Source of the DNA: Lama glama
Lineage: Eukaryota
NCBI GenBank assembly: GCA_028534125.1
Contig: CM052817.1
Coordinates: 58,468,001 to 58,532,000, forward strand
Direction: 5' to 3'
DNA: 64,000 nucleotides
The position numbers and the translations under genes were made by a program. The notes below the pieces were generated by a model. It did not search any database. It was not told where the DNA came from and was given only the letters and a program-made list of their open reading frames with translations. Positions 27,081 to 41,001 of the stretch are shown piece by piece; position 1 is the first letter of the stretch; the number at the start of each line of letters is the position of its first letter.

Positions 27081-30000
27081 CCCACAGGTTTATCCCTGGT
27101 AGATGCAAAAATGGGAATGTCCTTAATGCTTAAGTTGGTGCTATCCTCGATATAAACCAGGTCATGTATTTCCCTACTGGTTCCTAATACTTTACACTTG
27201 GGAAGCACTGCATGTATCTCAAAGTGCTTTTGTATCAGTTATGTTTGAAAAATTATCTTTCACAAATACGCATCATCACTCTAAACCTTCCTTCATATCA
27301 TGTCCAAAGTTATCTTCCTAAAAGAAAGATGAGGCCATCTGACTCCTCTCTCCAAAAACTTCAAAAGTGTTTTCTTATCTCTAAAACCAAACAAGTTTTG
27401 TCTGGCATATACGGCCTGCCATGATTTCACTGCAGTCTTAGCTTTCTAGCCTGGTCTCTCTATACCTATGCCCTCACTTCATGATTTTGTTCATTCTGTT
27501 CTCTCTGTATGATATTCTTTCTCCATTTCACCCCGTTTACTCTTACAGCATTCCATTAACGTCCAACACCAGCCTCAAATGGTATTGCTTCCAAGATAGA
27601 ATCCTGGACTCCTGTAGTTATCTGTAATAACTGCATCAAGGTATGTGCACTGCACTTGGCCAGAATAGAAGTGTGATCAATTTTCTTTTTTCTGCCCTAT
27701 GGTTATACATACATATGTGTTCTGACTGCATCCCTTACTAGATAATGAGAACATTGAGGGTAGAAATCAGGCCAAAATGGGATCACGTATCCTTCTCTAG
27801 GCATTAAGGCTAAATTGTTTCACTTTTCTCTTTCTACAGTTGATATTGATTGGTCTATATATTTGTTTTATAAGTGAGTTAGGATGATTATGACATGTTG
27901 TCAAAACCAATCATACACCAGTTATACTGAAATACTGATGTGAGATTTTCTAGTTCGACAGATGAGAAGAAAAGAAAAACAATCTCTAGAGTATTCCTTA
28001 TGATCGAGAGAGAAGAAATCTGGAAGAAGAAAAATAGTCTATTTAAAGACATCATCCCAAACCTCCATTTATAGTGGGAACACTTGACATAACTGTTTTA
28101 GAAGATAAACTATAGATCATTTTTCAGTGTATGGTATCTGATGCCTTACAATGTTCCTAGGTTGCCCGTAAGGATACTTCAATATCCGGTATCTGTCTGG
28201 ACTTACCTAGCTAGCTAGCTATCTTAGAGAGGCTTTGAGTAAGTGAACACTCAGGAAACATTTATAAATAAAGGTAGACAAGACTACTGAATCTGGATAA
28301 ATGCAACCTGATAGGATGTATGCTTTAGTAACCACTGATATATTAGAGACATTGGTCTTAATATATTGACTCATGTTTTAAACTATTTTATTTCTCACTT
28401 GAATCACATAGGATTCATGTTGACTACTGTGATTTGGGTTGGAAGATGTATTATTTACAGAAGAAAATGTCATGTTTACTCATATAGAATATCAATTTAA
28501 ATGTGTGATTTCAAGAAACGGTAATCACAGAAGAGCCCAAGGAACCAGCTATTCTGTTTGAATAAAAAATTCTAGTGTTCTGATATCGTATCTAATTTTA
28601 TCATCTTAAACATTTTCAAAGAACGTTTGCAAAAAACCATAAAGAACTATTTTATAGCCATTGCTTACACATATACATGTATAGCTAAATTAATAAATTT
28701 AACATGATGTAAATATTTTAAATGTTTGTTTTCTAGGACTGATAGTGTCCTCTTGTCAGTGACTATTTATCTACTTCAGTTACTAGAACAGAGAAATTTT
28801 ATGCTGCTTATTGTACCACTTGAATAATTTGCTCCTAAAAATGTGAGAATACCTAGAAGTCAAACCAATAATCGCTCTAAACAATACAAAAATAAACTTT
28901 GTCTGTCATTAGTACTGTGAACATGATAATCATTGACAAAAAAAGGTTTCCACTTATAATACACAAGCAAATAGTTATCAATTGAACAAATACAACTAGG
29001 ATATGTGGGACAGAGGGCAGACTGAATCATATTTGAGTGAATTATGGGCTAAGAAAAAATCAAATTTCAAAACAATGTCATCAGTTAAGTTTTAAATAAA
29101 CAACAAAAAAGCAGTCAATAATGACAAAATTATACTAAAAAGTGAATATATGTCACCTCTTGTTTAATAATGTCACCATTTTGGTGACTAACATTTTCTA
29201 GTCTCTTTCTTGGGACATGCAGGAGCTAACATGTAAATTCAGGAGATGCTGAAGGCATAGAGCTTTATCTCTTTGATGCCTTAACATCCTTATAAGATCA
29301 GTGGGATTTATTCAAATCTCAGTTGGTTTCATAGAAAGAACAAAATGATCCCGGAAGCAGAAGATACTCATTCACCAATGCCCAGTCTGCCTAAAATTTA
29401 AGTTCAGTTCTTATATGATTGGCATGTTTCATTTGTGTGTGTGTTCGTTACTAAACAAAACCTCAAGGGATATTTTTATAATACTTTCATATAAAGAAAA
29501 TAATTGTTTCTTGACATTATTCCTTTCTTCTCTTCTTTTTTTTTCTTTTATTTTCTTTTAAGTGGTAACTAATAGATAAGGCAATAGCAACTATTTCTGT
29601 TTAATAAAAGTGCAATTTTAAATTACTGACATCACTTACAAATAAAATGTTTTAAATCTTAAACAACATTAAAACAGAAAATGAAATATTTTGACCCACA
29701 TGAAATTTTTATTTATCTCGAGGTCAAATTTTAATTTGTGGAGAATTTTTTAGAATGAATGTAGAACAAAAGTAGAATATCAAATAAAATATTTTTTTAA
29801 ACAGTAGAAAATGTATCCTAAAGTTCCCAATGATAATTTAGTAGGGCAATATACTTTTAAAAGTTAAGATAATCACAGAAAGTAGCCATCCATTTTTACT
29901 TTTCTAATGAGAGACGATGAATTAAAGTCAATTTATTAGAGTTACCAATGAAAAGAAAGTTTGGCAGTATAACATAAAACTTACAAGATTTGTAATGCAT

Positions 30001-30589
30001 GCAACTCCATTTTAAAGCAGGGTAATTCCACATGAAAACAAAAGCCCATATAATTTTCTAGTGCTGACCCCCAACCACTTTACTTGGTCAGAAAATACTA
30101 GTCCTAGACCAACTTCATTTTCCCTTCTAAATGCAGGAAAAATTGGTAGACAAACTATATGGCTCCATATTTAGTATGATTTGAGAAACTTAAAGCCACA
30201 AAATATCTGTTTCAAGCAGAAAACATGCCCTAAATTTTTCTATGGGAAGTAATTTCTTCTGAATAGGAAGTAATCTGTTAAAATAAAAATATTGTACAAG
30301 TTCCCTATTAACTACCAGCACACTAGCTGAATTAATTACATAAAAGGGGTCAGTGTGGTGACAGACAGAGCACAGCATCAGTATGTTGTGACAGGAGGGT
30401 TACAAAAAGGGAGCAGCCTCTGGCTTAGAGAGTGCAAAATGAAATAAATATCTCACTAATGAATTCTGAATATCCAGGGAGCAATAATTCTCTAAAGCAA
30501 ACCTAACGAAGATCATAGAAATGGACATGACAAGAATACACCAAAGGGTGTTGAGAGCATTGGAAAAAGACTCTCACATTTTACACTTT

Positions 30590-31210
30590 AGTCTTGGGTG
30601 TGCCAAATATAAAACACAGGGTTCTTTGACACAAGCCCCAGAAGCCTAATTTTGCTCACTTCATTAAGAAAAAAAAATTATTGTAAGGATATGAAATAGC
30701 TCACAGATATAAAGGGAAAGGCAAACACTAAACAGGCTTCAAGAAGATCTGGCACATAGTAATGTCAGGGATAAGGGAGCAGGGCTATCTACACGGTCTG
30801 CAGAGCCCAGAAAAAAGTGAAAATGCAAGGCTCCTTGTCTGGAGATTGGGAGTTTCAAGATGATAACAGCAGAGCATTAAGCCAAAAGTAGAACCCTTCT
30901 AAAAGCCAGATCTTGTGTCACTGCAGAAGATGCAAGCCCGTGAATTTGGCCCTGGGTTTCAGGAATGAATGGATAAGATCTTCAAGGCTCCACCATGAGA
31001 ACACATTAGCTACTGTGGTTTTCTGTCCCTGTGCTGTGTTGCTCAAGTTTCATATTTCTGGGAACCAGAGTTTGTTTGCAGGCCAAGTCATGTGACCACA
31101 CGAAACAACAAATGAGGGGGCCTTGTTCAGCAATCCCATGTTGATTGCATGCAGTCATGGAGGAGAGGAGGGGCTTTCTCAAAGAAAAATAAAGGCATTT
31201 TTAGCATAGG
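30590..31210 (-). mobile_element. Old MaLR LTR (MLT1K-like) split by a MER91 insertion
   Basis: cagggttctttgacacaagc...aaggatatgaaatagctcacaga...ggccaagtcatgtgacca...tctcaaagaaaaataaaggcat. Confidence 0.55.
30780..30954 (-). mobile_element. MER91A-like hAT MITE
   Basis: Inverted ends cagggct/ggccctg; internal gcccagaaaaaagtgaaaatgcaaggctccttg...tttcaagatgataacagcagagcattaagccaa. Confidence 0.75.
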
Positions 31211-33436
31211 AAGGGGGAGAATTTCTTTATATGCACACAGATGCTCACATAAAAAAACAAAAACAGAATCCATTCTAACACTACTCTGACTGGTTTCTAA
31301 GAAGTTTCCTGTAAGAAAATATCCCCAAATTGTTCACTTCAGTGATTCTGGGGAACTTTTTTTAAAAACCCAAATTGTTTTCAGGTCAATTTCCCAATAT
31401 AAATTATTATAGTATAGCTTCCTACTCTCCTATGAAACTATTAAAGAATAAGATAAAAAATGTTTTGGATGAAAAGAGAAATAAAAAGATCATAGAAATT
31501 ACTCTGAGGTAAGAATTAGCTTATATTTTTCAATCAGTATGTATTTATGCCCTTTAGAGTCTGGCTGAGGGAGCTCACTGAATTTTTGCCAAGCAGCTGT
31601 CTCTGGAGGGAACAGAGGGGTTAGGATACAGACTTTAGAGCCAAAATCTTTCTATTTAAAGCTCAGTTTTGCTTTTTGCATTCTGTTCAGTCTCTGTCCT
31701 TTAAGTTCCTCTTCTGTAGATTATTGATATCTTAGTTGACCATTAAAATATATTAAAAGGTGGTACATTAAGGACACAATTAAGACCGTTCACTAAAGAA
31801 AACACTTTTTTTTTCAGGCATCAAGTAGATATAAAACAACTTCATATAGTCATTTTGGGAAGACTTGTTTTAAGAATGGAACTTGATTTTTATCTGAGGA
31901 ATTTCTTTTTCCCTGTTATCCTTCCTTAAATACATCGTTGTCTCTGGAGAGCAAAGAGCAAAATGGAGGGTTTTTTTTTTTTATCAGTTCTTCGTAGGTT
32001 GCGTAAAGAAAAGGACTGGGTATTTTCTTTTTCATCCTCATCTCTGGTTCAAAGACAATTGAACATTGATACCAATCTGTGTTTCTGCTGCTTGTGTAAA
32101 AGAGAAACCATCCTATGCCACCAGCACCTACTGTTATCTGGTTTTAAATGTCAAGTACACTTCAGCATAGAAAGAAAGAAACTGAGATAACATTCAAAGG
32201 GGAATATATTGGAGACAAAGATAGAGTCCAACAATCTAAGTGTCTGTGTCTTCCTGACAGGAGTTAGAAAAAGATTCATCAACAGAAACCTAAAACATTT
32301 TGCAGCTTCTGACTTATCTAACCTTGTGATTTATGGCCACATTTCCTGTTTATATATGTATGATTGTAGTATTTGTCTATGTTCATGTTATACTGATGAA
32401 TAATGGAAAGGTAATTCAACAACTTTAAACTGAATCATTTAAATCAGTTTAGATATGACACTCTGTCTTAATGTCATTCCTTTCAAGGTCTAGTCTCAGA
32501 TTCTCTTACTGGCCTCAAGGATTTTTTGTGTGTTCCTTGCAGAAGATGTTTATACCTTGACACTTGTATGATGTATAATCTATGCATAAACCGTGTGATA
32601 CACTTTTCATTTACACAGATAATCTGGCCTGTTATTTATGACAACTTTAGTGGTTCTCTGTTTCAGAGAGAAAAAATATTGACACGTTTTGCCTTTCTTG
32701 TCCATTTATGATTACGTTTATTTTTAAAGTCTACATTTTTAGAATCAGCACCATTTGATGGTTCTATATGTTGAGACTGTACTTTCACTATTATAATGTT
32801 TATTATTTTACCATGTAGCATAGAGATTTGAAATAAATTCAGCACCTTTCTTGGAGACAATTTTGTCATAAGCCAAATTATTTACTATAGGAAATTATTT
32901 ACTATAATATTTTACAAATCTAATTCCTTAGGACATTAATAGATATTATGAGTGCTCAATAAATAATTATTGAAAGAATAAACGAATGAATGTTTAAGTT
33001 TAGGAAATACAGTCTTACACAAAGTTAGCAGGATTCTTTACTAGGATTACTCAGCTATTATTATGCTAATACAACACACAAGCTCCTGAAGATTTAAACT
33101 TTTTTAAAAGGCATATTTGAGTATTAATACTTTGTTAAAATAAAAAGCAATTGTATTTTTAGCTGCCGCCTGCCAAGTCCATATTGTGCTTTATATCACA
33201 CAGGGACAATCTGTTATAGGATTGGGTACACAGAGCAGCTGTGCTCTGTTTGCTGTGCACTGCAGCTGCAATTTGAACTGACCATCAAGAGCAGACTGTG
33301 GCCTTGTAACCCAAAATGAAAGATATCTCTAGTTTCTCTTAACTGAATTATAGTTCACAGTATATTAGTCACAGTACATAATATCATGATTGACTATTAG
33401 ATATCTTAAAAAGTGATATTACTTAGAATATAATTA

Positions 33437-34014
33437 CATTACCAGAGAGTAGGTTCTTGTCTCGTTGCAGAAGGAATTCAGAAATGAGACACGGGGGTCA
33501 AGAAAGTAAAAAGGGTTTGTTACGTGATAGGACACTCGAGAGTGAGTACTGCCCTGAGTTTCTTTAGCAAACTGGTTACATAGGGTATAAAAATGAATGG
33601 ACAGAATATTCATTGGGGAGGGAGAGTTTTGGGGTCGTATTCCCTGATTTTCATCCCCGCTCCACCTTCCCGAGGGAGGGAGGGATTTTTGTCCTTATTT
33701 AGTGTTGATGGGAAGTGTCATGGCCTTGCTGCATGATGGATACTTCCTATCTGCAAGGCTAATTTTATTGTAATAAGGACATAATGAGCAAAAGGTTATA
33801 TTCGGATGCCAGAGTTTCCCACCTTTTACCACCTTTCTTTGTCTGTCTCCAGGACACCTGTCACCCCAAAACATGTGATTTCTTACCAGTTTGGAGGTTT
33901 CTGCTTTTCTGTCTGTCCAAGGTCCCTCATTGTTCACAAGATGTATGGTTTCCTGCCATTTGGCCCATGACCCCTCTTTCTCTGCTCATATCTAGCTATC
34001 TGCCTCCTTTAGTA
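33437..34014 (-). mobile_element. Lineage-specific ERV1-class solo LTR, copy 2 (related subfamily to 15541-16195)
   Basis: Shares ggttacatag..aaaaatgaatg..aatattcattgg..gattttcatc..ccacct..agggaggagggattttt..atctagctatctgcct with copy 1; TSD-like atta/attg. Confidence 0.88.
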
Positions 34015-34434
34015 ATTGCAGCTGGTAATTGAAGAAAACAATGCTTACTTCTTGATTACCAGTTTATTAATCTTCAGGTACTTTCTAATTTTTCTTAATC
34101 TAACTTCAGGCACAGAGTTGTAACTCTCCAATGCTCATGATTCCAAAGGCCACTTAGTTTCTAGAATTAGGGCTTTGGGACAACTTATTGGCTAGAACCT
34201 ACTTAAGTATTTTTCATTTAGTAGGAATGATCTTCAAAATAAATTGCATACTACATATTGTTTGCTATATTATTAAAAATGAGATTTTCCTCACTCAAAT
34301 AATTGTACTTCCACTACAACTTTATGTTACATAAAATAGTTCTCCCCAAGAGCAAGAATCTCCATTCTCAGGGGGAACTAGATTTAAACCTAGAAGCTAT
34401 GAAAATTCCTATTACACTTTATTCTTGTGCAACT

Positions 34435-34724
34435 ATAGTTGACCCTTGAACAACATGGGTTTGAACTGTGCTGGTCCATCATACAAGGATTTTTTTTAAA
34501 ATAAATATATAGTTGGCCCCGCACATCCATGGGTTTCACATCTGTGGATTCAACCAACCCAGTATCACAAAGAATACCTGATCCAGGGTTGGTTGAATCC
34601 TGGGATGTGGGAAGCATAGATTGGAGGGCGACTGTGGAACTCAAGCATACTTAGCATACGTGGATTTTGATACCTGCCCAGGTTCCTGGAACTATGTACT
34701 GCAGATACCAAGGGGCAGTGGTAC
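34435..34724. mobile_element. Tigger2/MER2-derived MITE with internal inverted repeat
   Basis: Starts ta|tagttgacccttgaacaacatgggtttgaactg (Tigger2-type end); ends ggattttgatacc...cctggaact...gcagataccaaggggcagtg|gta (MER2-type end). Confidence 0.8.
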
Positions 34725-37700
34725 TTGATACCTATATTCATACTCCAAACTAGTTTCTATTATAATTATTTCTGTCATTGTTGTTGTTTTAATTCTACCT
34801 GATATTATTCTCTTCTTTATCCACCCCTAATGTAATGACTACATTTAAGAGTTTCACCTTGATAAGGCTCCAAAGGTAAATCTGAAAGTGCTCCATGGGA
34901 AATTGTGATATGTAAATCTGTTATTTAGGATTAATACACTAGAATTATTAGCACATGTGTATAGTGTATGTGAAATTGCCATATATTAATTTATTCAACA
35001 GAAACTTGGAAATATAAAGATCACCAAAAACAGTCTCAGCTTCTTTGGTGTTACTGGACCAAAAGGAAGAGGCAATTAATGCAGCCTGAGGTAGTGTGAA
35101 GGATTGGAGAGGACTTCCTGGGAGAGGGGGTGCACTAATTTAGGCTTAAAGGATAAGTATAAATTAGCCACATGATGTCAAAACTCATATGTATCCTGGG
35201 GAAAATTATGGCGAGTGAGCATGATAAGATAAGTCTAACCTATTCTGCTATTGCGCTACATGATTTGTTTGTCTTGCTAAAGCTAGCAAGACAAGAGTAT
35301 GACCCAGTGGGCTAGAGATACAGTCCTGGAATCCATATATGAGTAGTAAGCCAGGCGATTTTTGTGTATGTGTAAGTTTGTCAAGATATTTGGAAATACT
35401 TGATTTTGTGTAATGTGGAAAATCTTATTTTTCTAGTTGAAATTGAATATAAACCATCACAGTGCCTTTTGTTATTCACTTCAAGAACAGAATCTGGGAA
35501 ATTTTGTTGATAAGCTTGATGTAGGTTTTACTAATTTTTCTCAAATTGGTAAAGTTGTGGCTCTAAAAATTTACTCAAAGTCATAATCTCCAAGTCTTTT
35601 AGCTTCAGAAAATGTTGGAGGTTTTACAGTTTCCTTGCCTCTGTGTATTATGCTAATAATTTTAGGTATTGCCTTTATGTCAAGTTACAGGGCAACAATT
35701 GATTTTCTGTTTGGAAGCACTACTTCCTGGATTATACTTTCATGGCTAACACTTATTACACTTAGATTGTTAAGAATTTTGAATACTTTTAACAGGTAAA
35801 GGGCATAGAAAAGTCTTTCAAAACTATGTAATTGACTGTAGATTGTATAAATTTTAGCATATCTTCAATGGTACGTATCAGAACTTTATTGTAATTGACC
35901 TTTGCTGCTTATATTTTTTAAAAATTGCATTTTATAAAGGTTACTTAAATTCTTAGAGGCAAATTAAAGACATTCTATAGTTTTGTTTTATTTTCTAAGA
36001 AGTTTCTGATATAATGCAAATTATTGCAAGCAAGTATACAGTAACTTTTTTAATAAACATTCTTGTAAATTATATTTAAAAACCCATGATGTGTTCTCCT
36101 TAAATGGTTATAAAAGGAAAATTTTGCACACAAGTTCTTAAAACAACATCAGGTTCTAAATATATTATGCAATAATGAATAAGGATAAGGTTTATGATGG
36201 TAGTTTGGTTCTGAAAGATGAATCAAATTCCCTACATGATGTGGATCTGAAGCAAGACCTTGGTACTTTTGTGACTTATGATCCTGGTATTGAAGGGAAG
36301 AGGGCAGGTAACAAATAGCACTGGGAAAAAAATTACTTTCAAAAACACAATTTACATCTCTAAAAATGATGGCTTATATGTTTTTATTCTGTTATATACA
36401 AATATGAAACTCTTGTTGTTGAAAAGAATTTTATTTTAAAAAAGAAAAAAGTTTAATTATAAGGCAAGTTATATTAGAGCTTGAGTTTGTGACTTTAGAA
36501 AAGATTACTTTTAAAGGCAAATATAAATTAAATAGTAACTTTTCCTGTGTATTTCTTCCACTAAAAATACTTCAAATTAATTATAATATGTAAGTACTCT
36601 AGTAGATAACTATAAAATGTGTATCATAGATAACTATAAAAATTGCCTTGTATCTAAAATACACTTATAGAATACTACCACGATCAAGACATTAATTAGA
36701 ATAAAATAATACAGTAAAACTCTTTCCCATTTTTAGATGATTTTCATCTTTATACATGCCTTTGAAAGTAAATTTAGCAACAATTTACTACAATGAAATT
36801 GAACAGTTTTAAAAAGATCTTTAGTATCATAGTGAGATAATTATTCCTCAAAAATCTGATTTTATTCAACTTTAATTTGTTTTCCTTGTATAGTCCAGAA
36901 TTTTCCAAATAAAATCACTTCCATGGTGTGCTGGATGAGAGGGTGGGAAATTTTTCCTGACTCCCCCCCAAAAGAGATACATATAAGGAAAATGTTGAAC
37001 ATAAGAGCCTGCAAATATATCAGAGAATTAACGTTGTTTGTATGATGAATTGCCTGGGAAACTAGAAAGAAGGAATTTAAGATTTTTAAAAACTTTTGGT
37101 TGATATCTGTTAGACACAGGAAGACCAGCCAGTCTATGAGTTTTTCTAAATTGAGAATCACTTGTACAGTATCAGGGAAAAATAAATAAAAATTTGTTGT
37201 CCATCTGTATAAAATGTTTTTGTTGATTCTGTGCCCTTAACTTTCTGACAGCTTGAGTGCTCTGGGAAAGAACACCAAATATACTATTAATTCAATCATA
37301 GCATACTTAAAACTTACAGTATCTACAATTAAGTGAGTAACTACAAAGTGAAAGATGTATAAATGTGCACAAAGATTTTGGTGTATATCTTTATATGAAT
37401 GTATATGCACATGGGATTTTTAAAACAATAATTTGAATCATTGTTTCCTGAACTTTATTGTACTTTCATCCCTACATTCATTCATTCTAGTTCTTTTCCT
37501 AAGTGAAATGATCCTTAAACTGGATCTTAAATCACATGTGAAAACAAAAGTAGAGAATGAAAGGGAAAACTATGCATGACATTAATGGCGTAGTGAAAAG
37601 TTGCTGAACAAAGACAATCAACTCAGTCTTTTCTTTTCAAGGCCAAACAACTACTTTCAGAAGTTTGTATGAGCAGGTTTACACTCATAGACTATCTACT

Positions 37701-38224
37701 TTCTTGAAAATTTCGAAGAAGGAAATTCTAACTTTTCTAGGGAGTAGCAGTCCTTTGTAATTCCCTGTGATTATAACCTAACATTTCACTATTCAAGCTT
37801 CAGTGAAAATAGCATAGATAAATGCAAGTATACTTTAAATTTTAACCCTATTAAAAGATGATGCAATATGGAGAAAAGAGCACTAGACTAGAAGTCAGGA
37901 GACCAGGATTCCACACCTTCTAGCTTAGATCCTTAGAAAATAAATTTAAGTTTGAGCTCCTTATACATTAAATAGGAATGTTAAACTAGACCTATAATGC
38001 TTTTGCTAGCACTAAATTTGATTATTCTTTTGATATGAACATTGCATACAATTGTGCAAGGTTTTGTGGATACATTGATGAACAAGAAAAATAAGCACTG
38101 TTCATATTTCCTTTGAATTGCTAGTCTCAAATATAGTCATTTAACAAATACACAATTAACTTGTTATCCTGCTGTTATTTCTAGATTTAATGTTCTTATT
38201 GGAATTTATAATTTAGTGGTGATA

Positions 38225-38670
38225 CTAGTTAGAATGTGTTCTGCTTCAAGTAAGAAAAACCTAACTCAAAGTTCATTAAACAGTCAAAAAATATCTTATC
38301 TTGTCTAACAAGAAATCTAGAGATAGCAAGTCTCTAGTGTTGAATAATTGAGAGAAACAGTGACATTATATGGAGTCAGGCCTACTCAACTTTTTTGCTC
38401 TTTGGTTTTCCCACAGCTGAATTTTTGCCTGTTTGCAGAGTACACCCATAGTTCCAAGCAGTACATCAAGCCAAAACATCTACAGGAAAAATGGCCATCT
38501 CTTTTCTGTGGGTCTCCTTTTACCAGAGAGGAAACAGTTCCTTGAAGATTCCCACCAGGTTGCCTGTCATTTCTTGGAGCCGTAGGAGAGCCAGCATTTG
38601 AACAAATTACAGAGTGTTTTGGTTTTGTTTGCTTTTGTTTTAAAGAGTCAGGAAGGAAGTATGAGTGAAT
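38225..38670 (-). mobile_element. Old MaLR LTR (MLT1J-like)
   Basis: tagttagaatgtgttctgcttcaagtaagaaaaacctaact...aacaagaaatctagagatag. Confidence 0.55.
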
Positions 38671-38724
38671 AGGGACAAGCAGCCAACAATACCTGCTATA
38701 ATAATTTTTTCCATTCATAAATTA

Positions 38725-39100
38725 TATCAATTAATTCTAGAATTGAGTTTCCATTTTAGTTATTTTTTAATAGTTTTTATTTCTCTGATGAGAGTAAACA
38801 TCTATTTATTCATTGTGTTCACTTTTTCTTTTAAGACTTTGAACATATTTATCATAACTGCTTAAAATCCTTGTCTGCTAATTCCCATATAAGGGTCATC
38901 TCATAGTGTCTATGGATTGTTTCCTGCTGCTTTGCATATCTATTCATTTGCCAGACATTGTGGCTTACATATTTTCGAGAGTCTGTATTTTACTGTCTTT
39001 CTTTAGAGAAAGAAGAGTGTTGTTCTAGCAGGCAGTTAATTCACAAGTAGATCAGATTGATTTTTTGAGAGTTTTTTAAAGTTTGGAAGTCTCATCTCTC
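38725..39100 (-). mobile_element. Old L1 ORF1-region / HAL1-like fragment
   Basis: ctttgaacatatttatcataactgcttaaaatccttgtctgctaattccc..gggtcatctc...ttgttctagcaggcagttaa. Confidence 0.55.
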
Positions 39101-39479
39101 CTAGCATTGCACAGCTTCTTTGTCAGTGGCAGGTACTCTTTTGTGTCTGCATAAACATGAAAACTCCAGCTTGTTTTTACAGGCTGTATCCAAGTTCAAC
39201 ACCCTGAAACCACCACAGTGGCATATAAAACAGCATATAACTATTGCTGTTTTAATTTTGCCCTTTGGTGCCTGGAAATTTTTCTATCTTTTCCTCCTGT
39301 ACTATAATATGTTTAAAAATAAACGTGATTATAATTTATCTAGTATATCGCTGCATTTAGAACATGAGGTAGAGTGTAGGACAGCTTAGTCCAATGTGTT
39401 CTCGAGGGTCTCCTCAAATTAATTTTTTACACTGCATCTGGGATAAATGCTATAAAGGAAGGCACAGCATGGAAAAGAG

Positions 39480-39780
39480 GAACCCGCCTATGTTTGAAGG
39501 GTGGAGTACTAGATGCAAAGGAGGTTTCCTGAAGAAGTGATGTATTTTAAAATGAGACCTGAAGGTGGATAAGCAATGCTTTTTCATGCAGATAGAAAAA
39601 CACGTGCAAAGTTCCTGAGGCAGAATGGAGCTTGGCACATTTCAGTGCCTGAATGAAGGACAGTGTAATTGGAACTCAAAAAACTAGGAAGCAGTTGTTA
39701 TAAGATGAGGTATGTGAGGTAAACAGTTGCTAGATAACCTTTTTGGTTATGTTAAGATGTAAGGATTTTATCTTGTCTTT
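39480..39780 (-). mobile_element. L2 fragment
   Basis: ggaggtttcctgaagaagtgatg...tgagacctgaagg...gtgcaaagttcctgaggcagaatggagcttggca. Confidence 0.7.
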
Positions 39781-39984
39781 CCCCATATCTTGCCTTTGCT
39801 CTACCTATCAGTTCAGCTAGTAGCATAATCCTTCTCACATGTGAATTTATCTCAATGTAAAATGATATGAATTTACATGTCAATGTTACCTAGTTCTTAT
39901 AACCACTATACTACCATGGAAGGATGGATATTGATTTCATCCCTGCCAAAAGTACAGCTAAATATGAAATTATAAAATAATTTC

Positions 39985-40522
39985 GGATACAAGCCCCATA
40001 AGATGGTTGCTGTCATGCTGTCTGTCCATCCCCTGTCCAATCTGACCTTTCCTCCCCCTTACCTTATGTTCATGATTGCCTCCTCTTCCTAAGCTGACAG
40101 TTTAACCAGTAACTACCTGCATGCTTGGCCAACCCCCAGCTAAAGATTATTCTAGCCTTTGGACCAGAATGGATCCAGTATGTTCCATCATCAGCAGGCA
40201 ACAGCAGCCCTCACGACAGGTGCTAACTCAGAGCTGTGAGAGGCGTGCTCCAGCAGTCATCCTGGCAACCTAGGAGCCCTTCTGGTGTCATGCCCCCTAT
40301 AACTGATAGCCTCCTCCTCCATGTAGCAAACATCACTGCTGTGTCCTGCCTGCCATCGGTAGTACACGGTAGGGTGTTGCTCCAGGACCTTTGCTTCTGA
40401 CTTGTAATATTCCCTGTCCAATAAATCACTAATGTCTCTGTCGCTGACTTTGGGTTCTTTCTTCAGTTTCACGGCTGGACAGCTGCAAAGATTGCAGGAC
40501 TGTGAAGCACAGCCCAATAACA
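39985..40522 (+). mobile_element. ERVL solo LTR (MER74/MER54-like)
   Basis: AATAAA at 40420 in ccctgtccaataaatcact..gtctctgtcgctgac; terminus ggctggacagctgcaaagattgcaggactgtgaagcacagcccaataaca. Confidence 0.7.
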
Positions 40523-41001
40523 AGTTGTTTTTTTTCCCCTAAAATGACACTTTCATATAAATGATATATTTTGAAAGAGACCATGAGCAAATGCATAGTT
40601 TATTCATCAACAATAGACTTTTTATAGTTAGTTCCTTAAACAGACAGTTTTATTAGGTTCTGGGAAGCCAGTTCATTAATACAGGTTCATACCTTTGTGC
40701 CTGTCTTTGAAGTCTTCAAAGCTAAGATTTAATTTACCATAAATGACCTGGCCCTTTTTGAAATGAGGTTTAAATGACAATAAGTTTCCCAAAGTAAGGC
40801 TTCTTAAAACATAGTAGTATTTTCTGCAAATTTACTTATGAAGCTTTGGAAGGCAGTTGTATGCATATGCATTTATTATGCTGGACAAATAGAGATTAAT
40901 TTTGCTTTTCATTCCTTGGAAATCTACTTCAGAAATCATAGCCACATTATAAAATACAAATCACTGAGGTCCCTTATGGCCACAAATACTCACTGTAATG
41001 A

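Noticed and set aside
15541..34014. Single provirus bounded by two LTRs
   Set aside because: Each LTR has its own TSD, they differ substantially, and the interval holds older repeats with no gag/pol/env.
32875..36641. 15-bp direct repeats at 32875/32892 and 36603/36627 as TSDs
   Set aside because: Spacers are only 2 and 9 bp with no tail; local slippage duplications are more likely.
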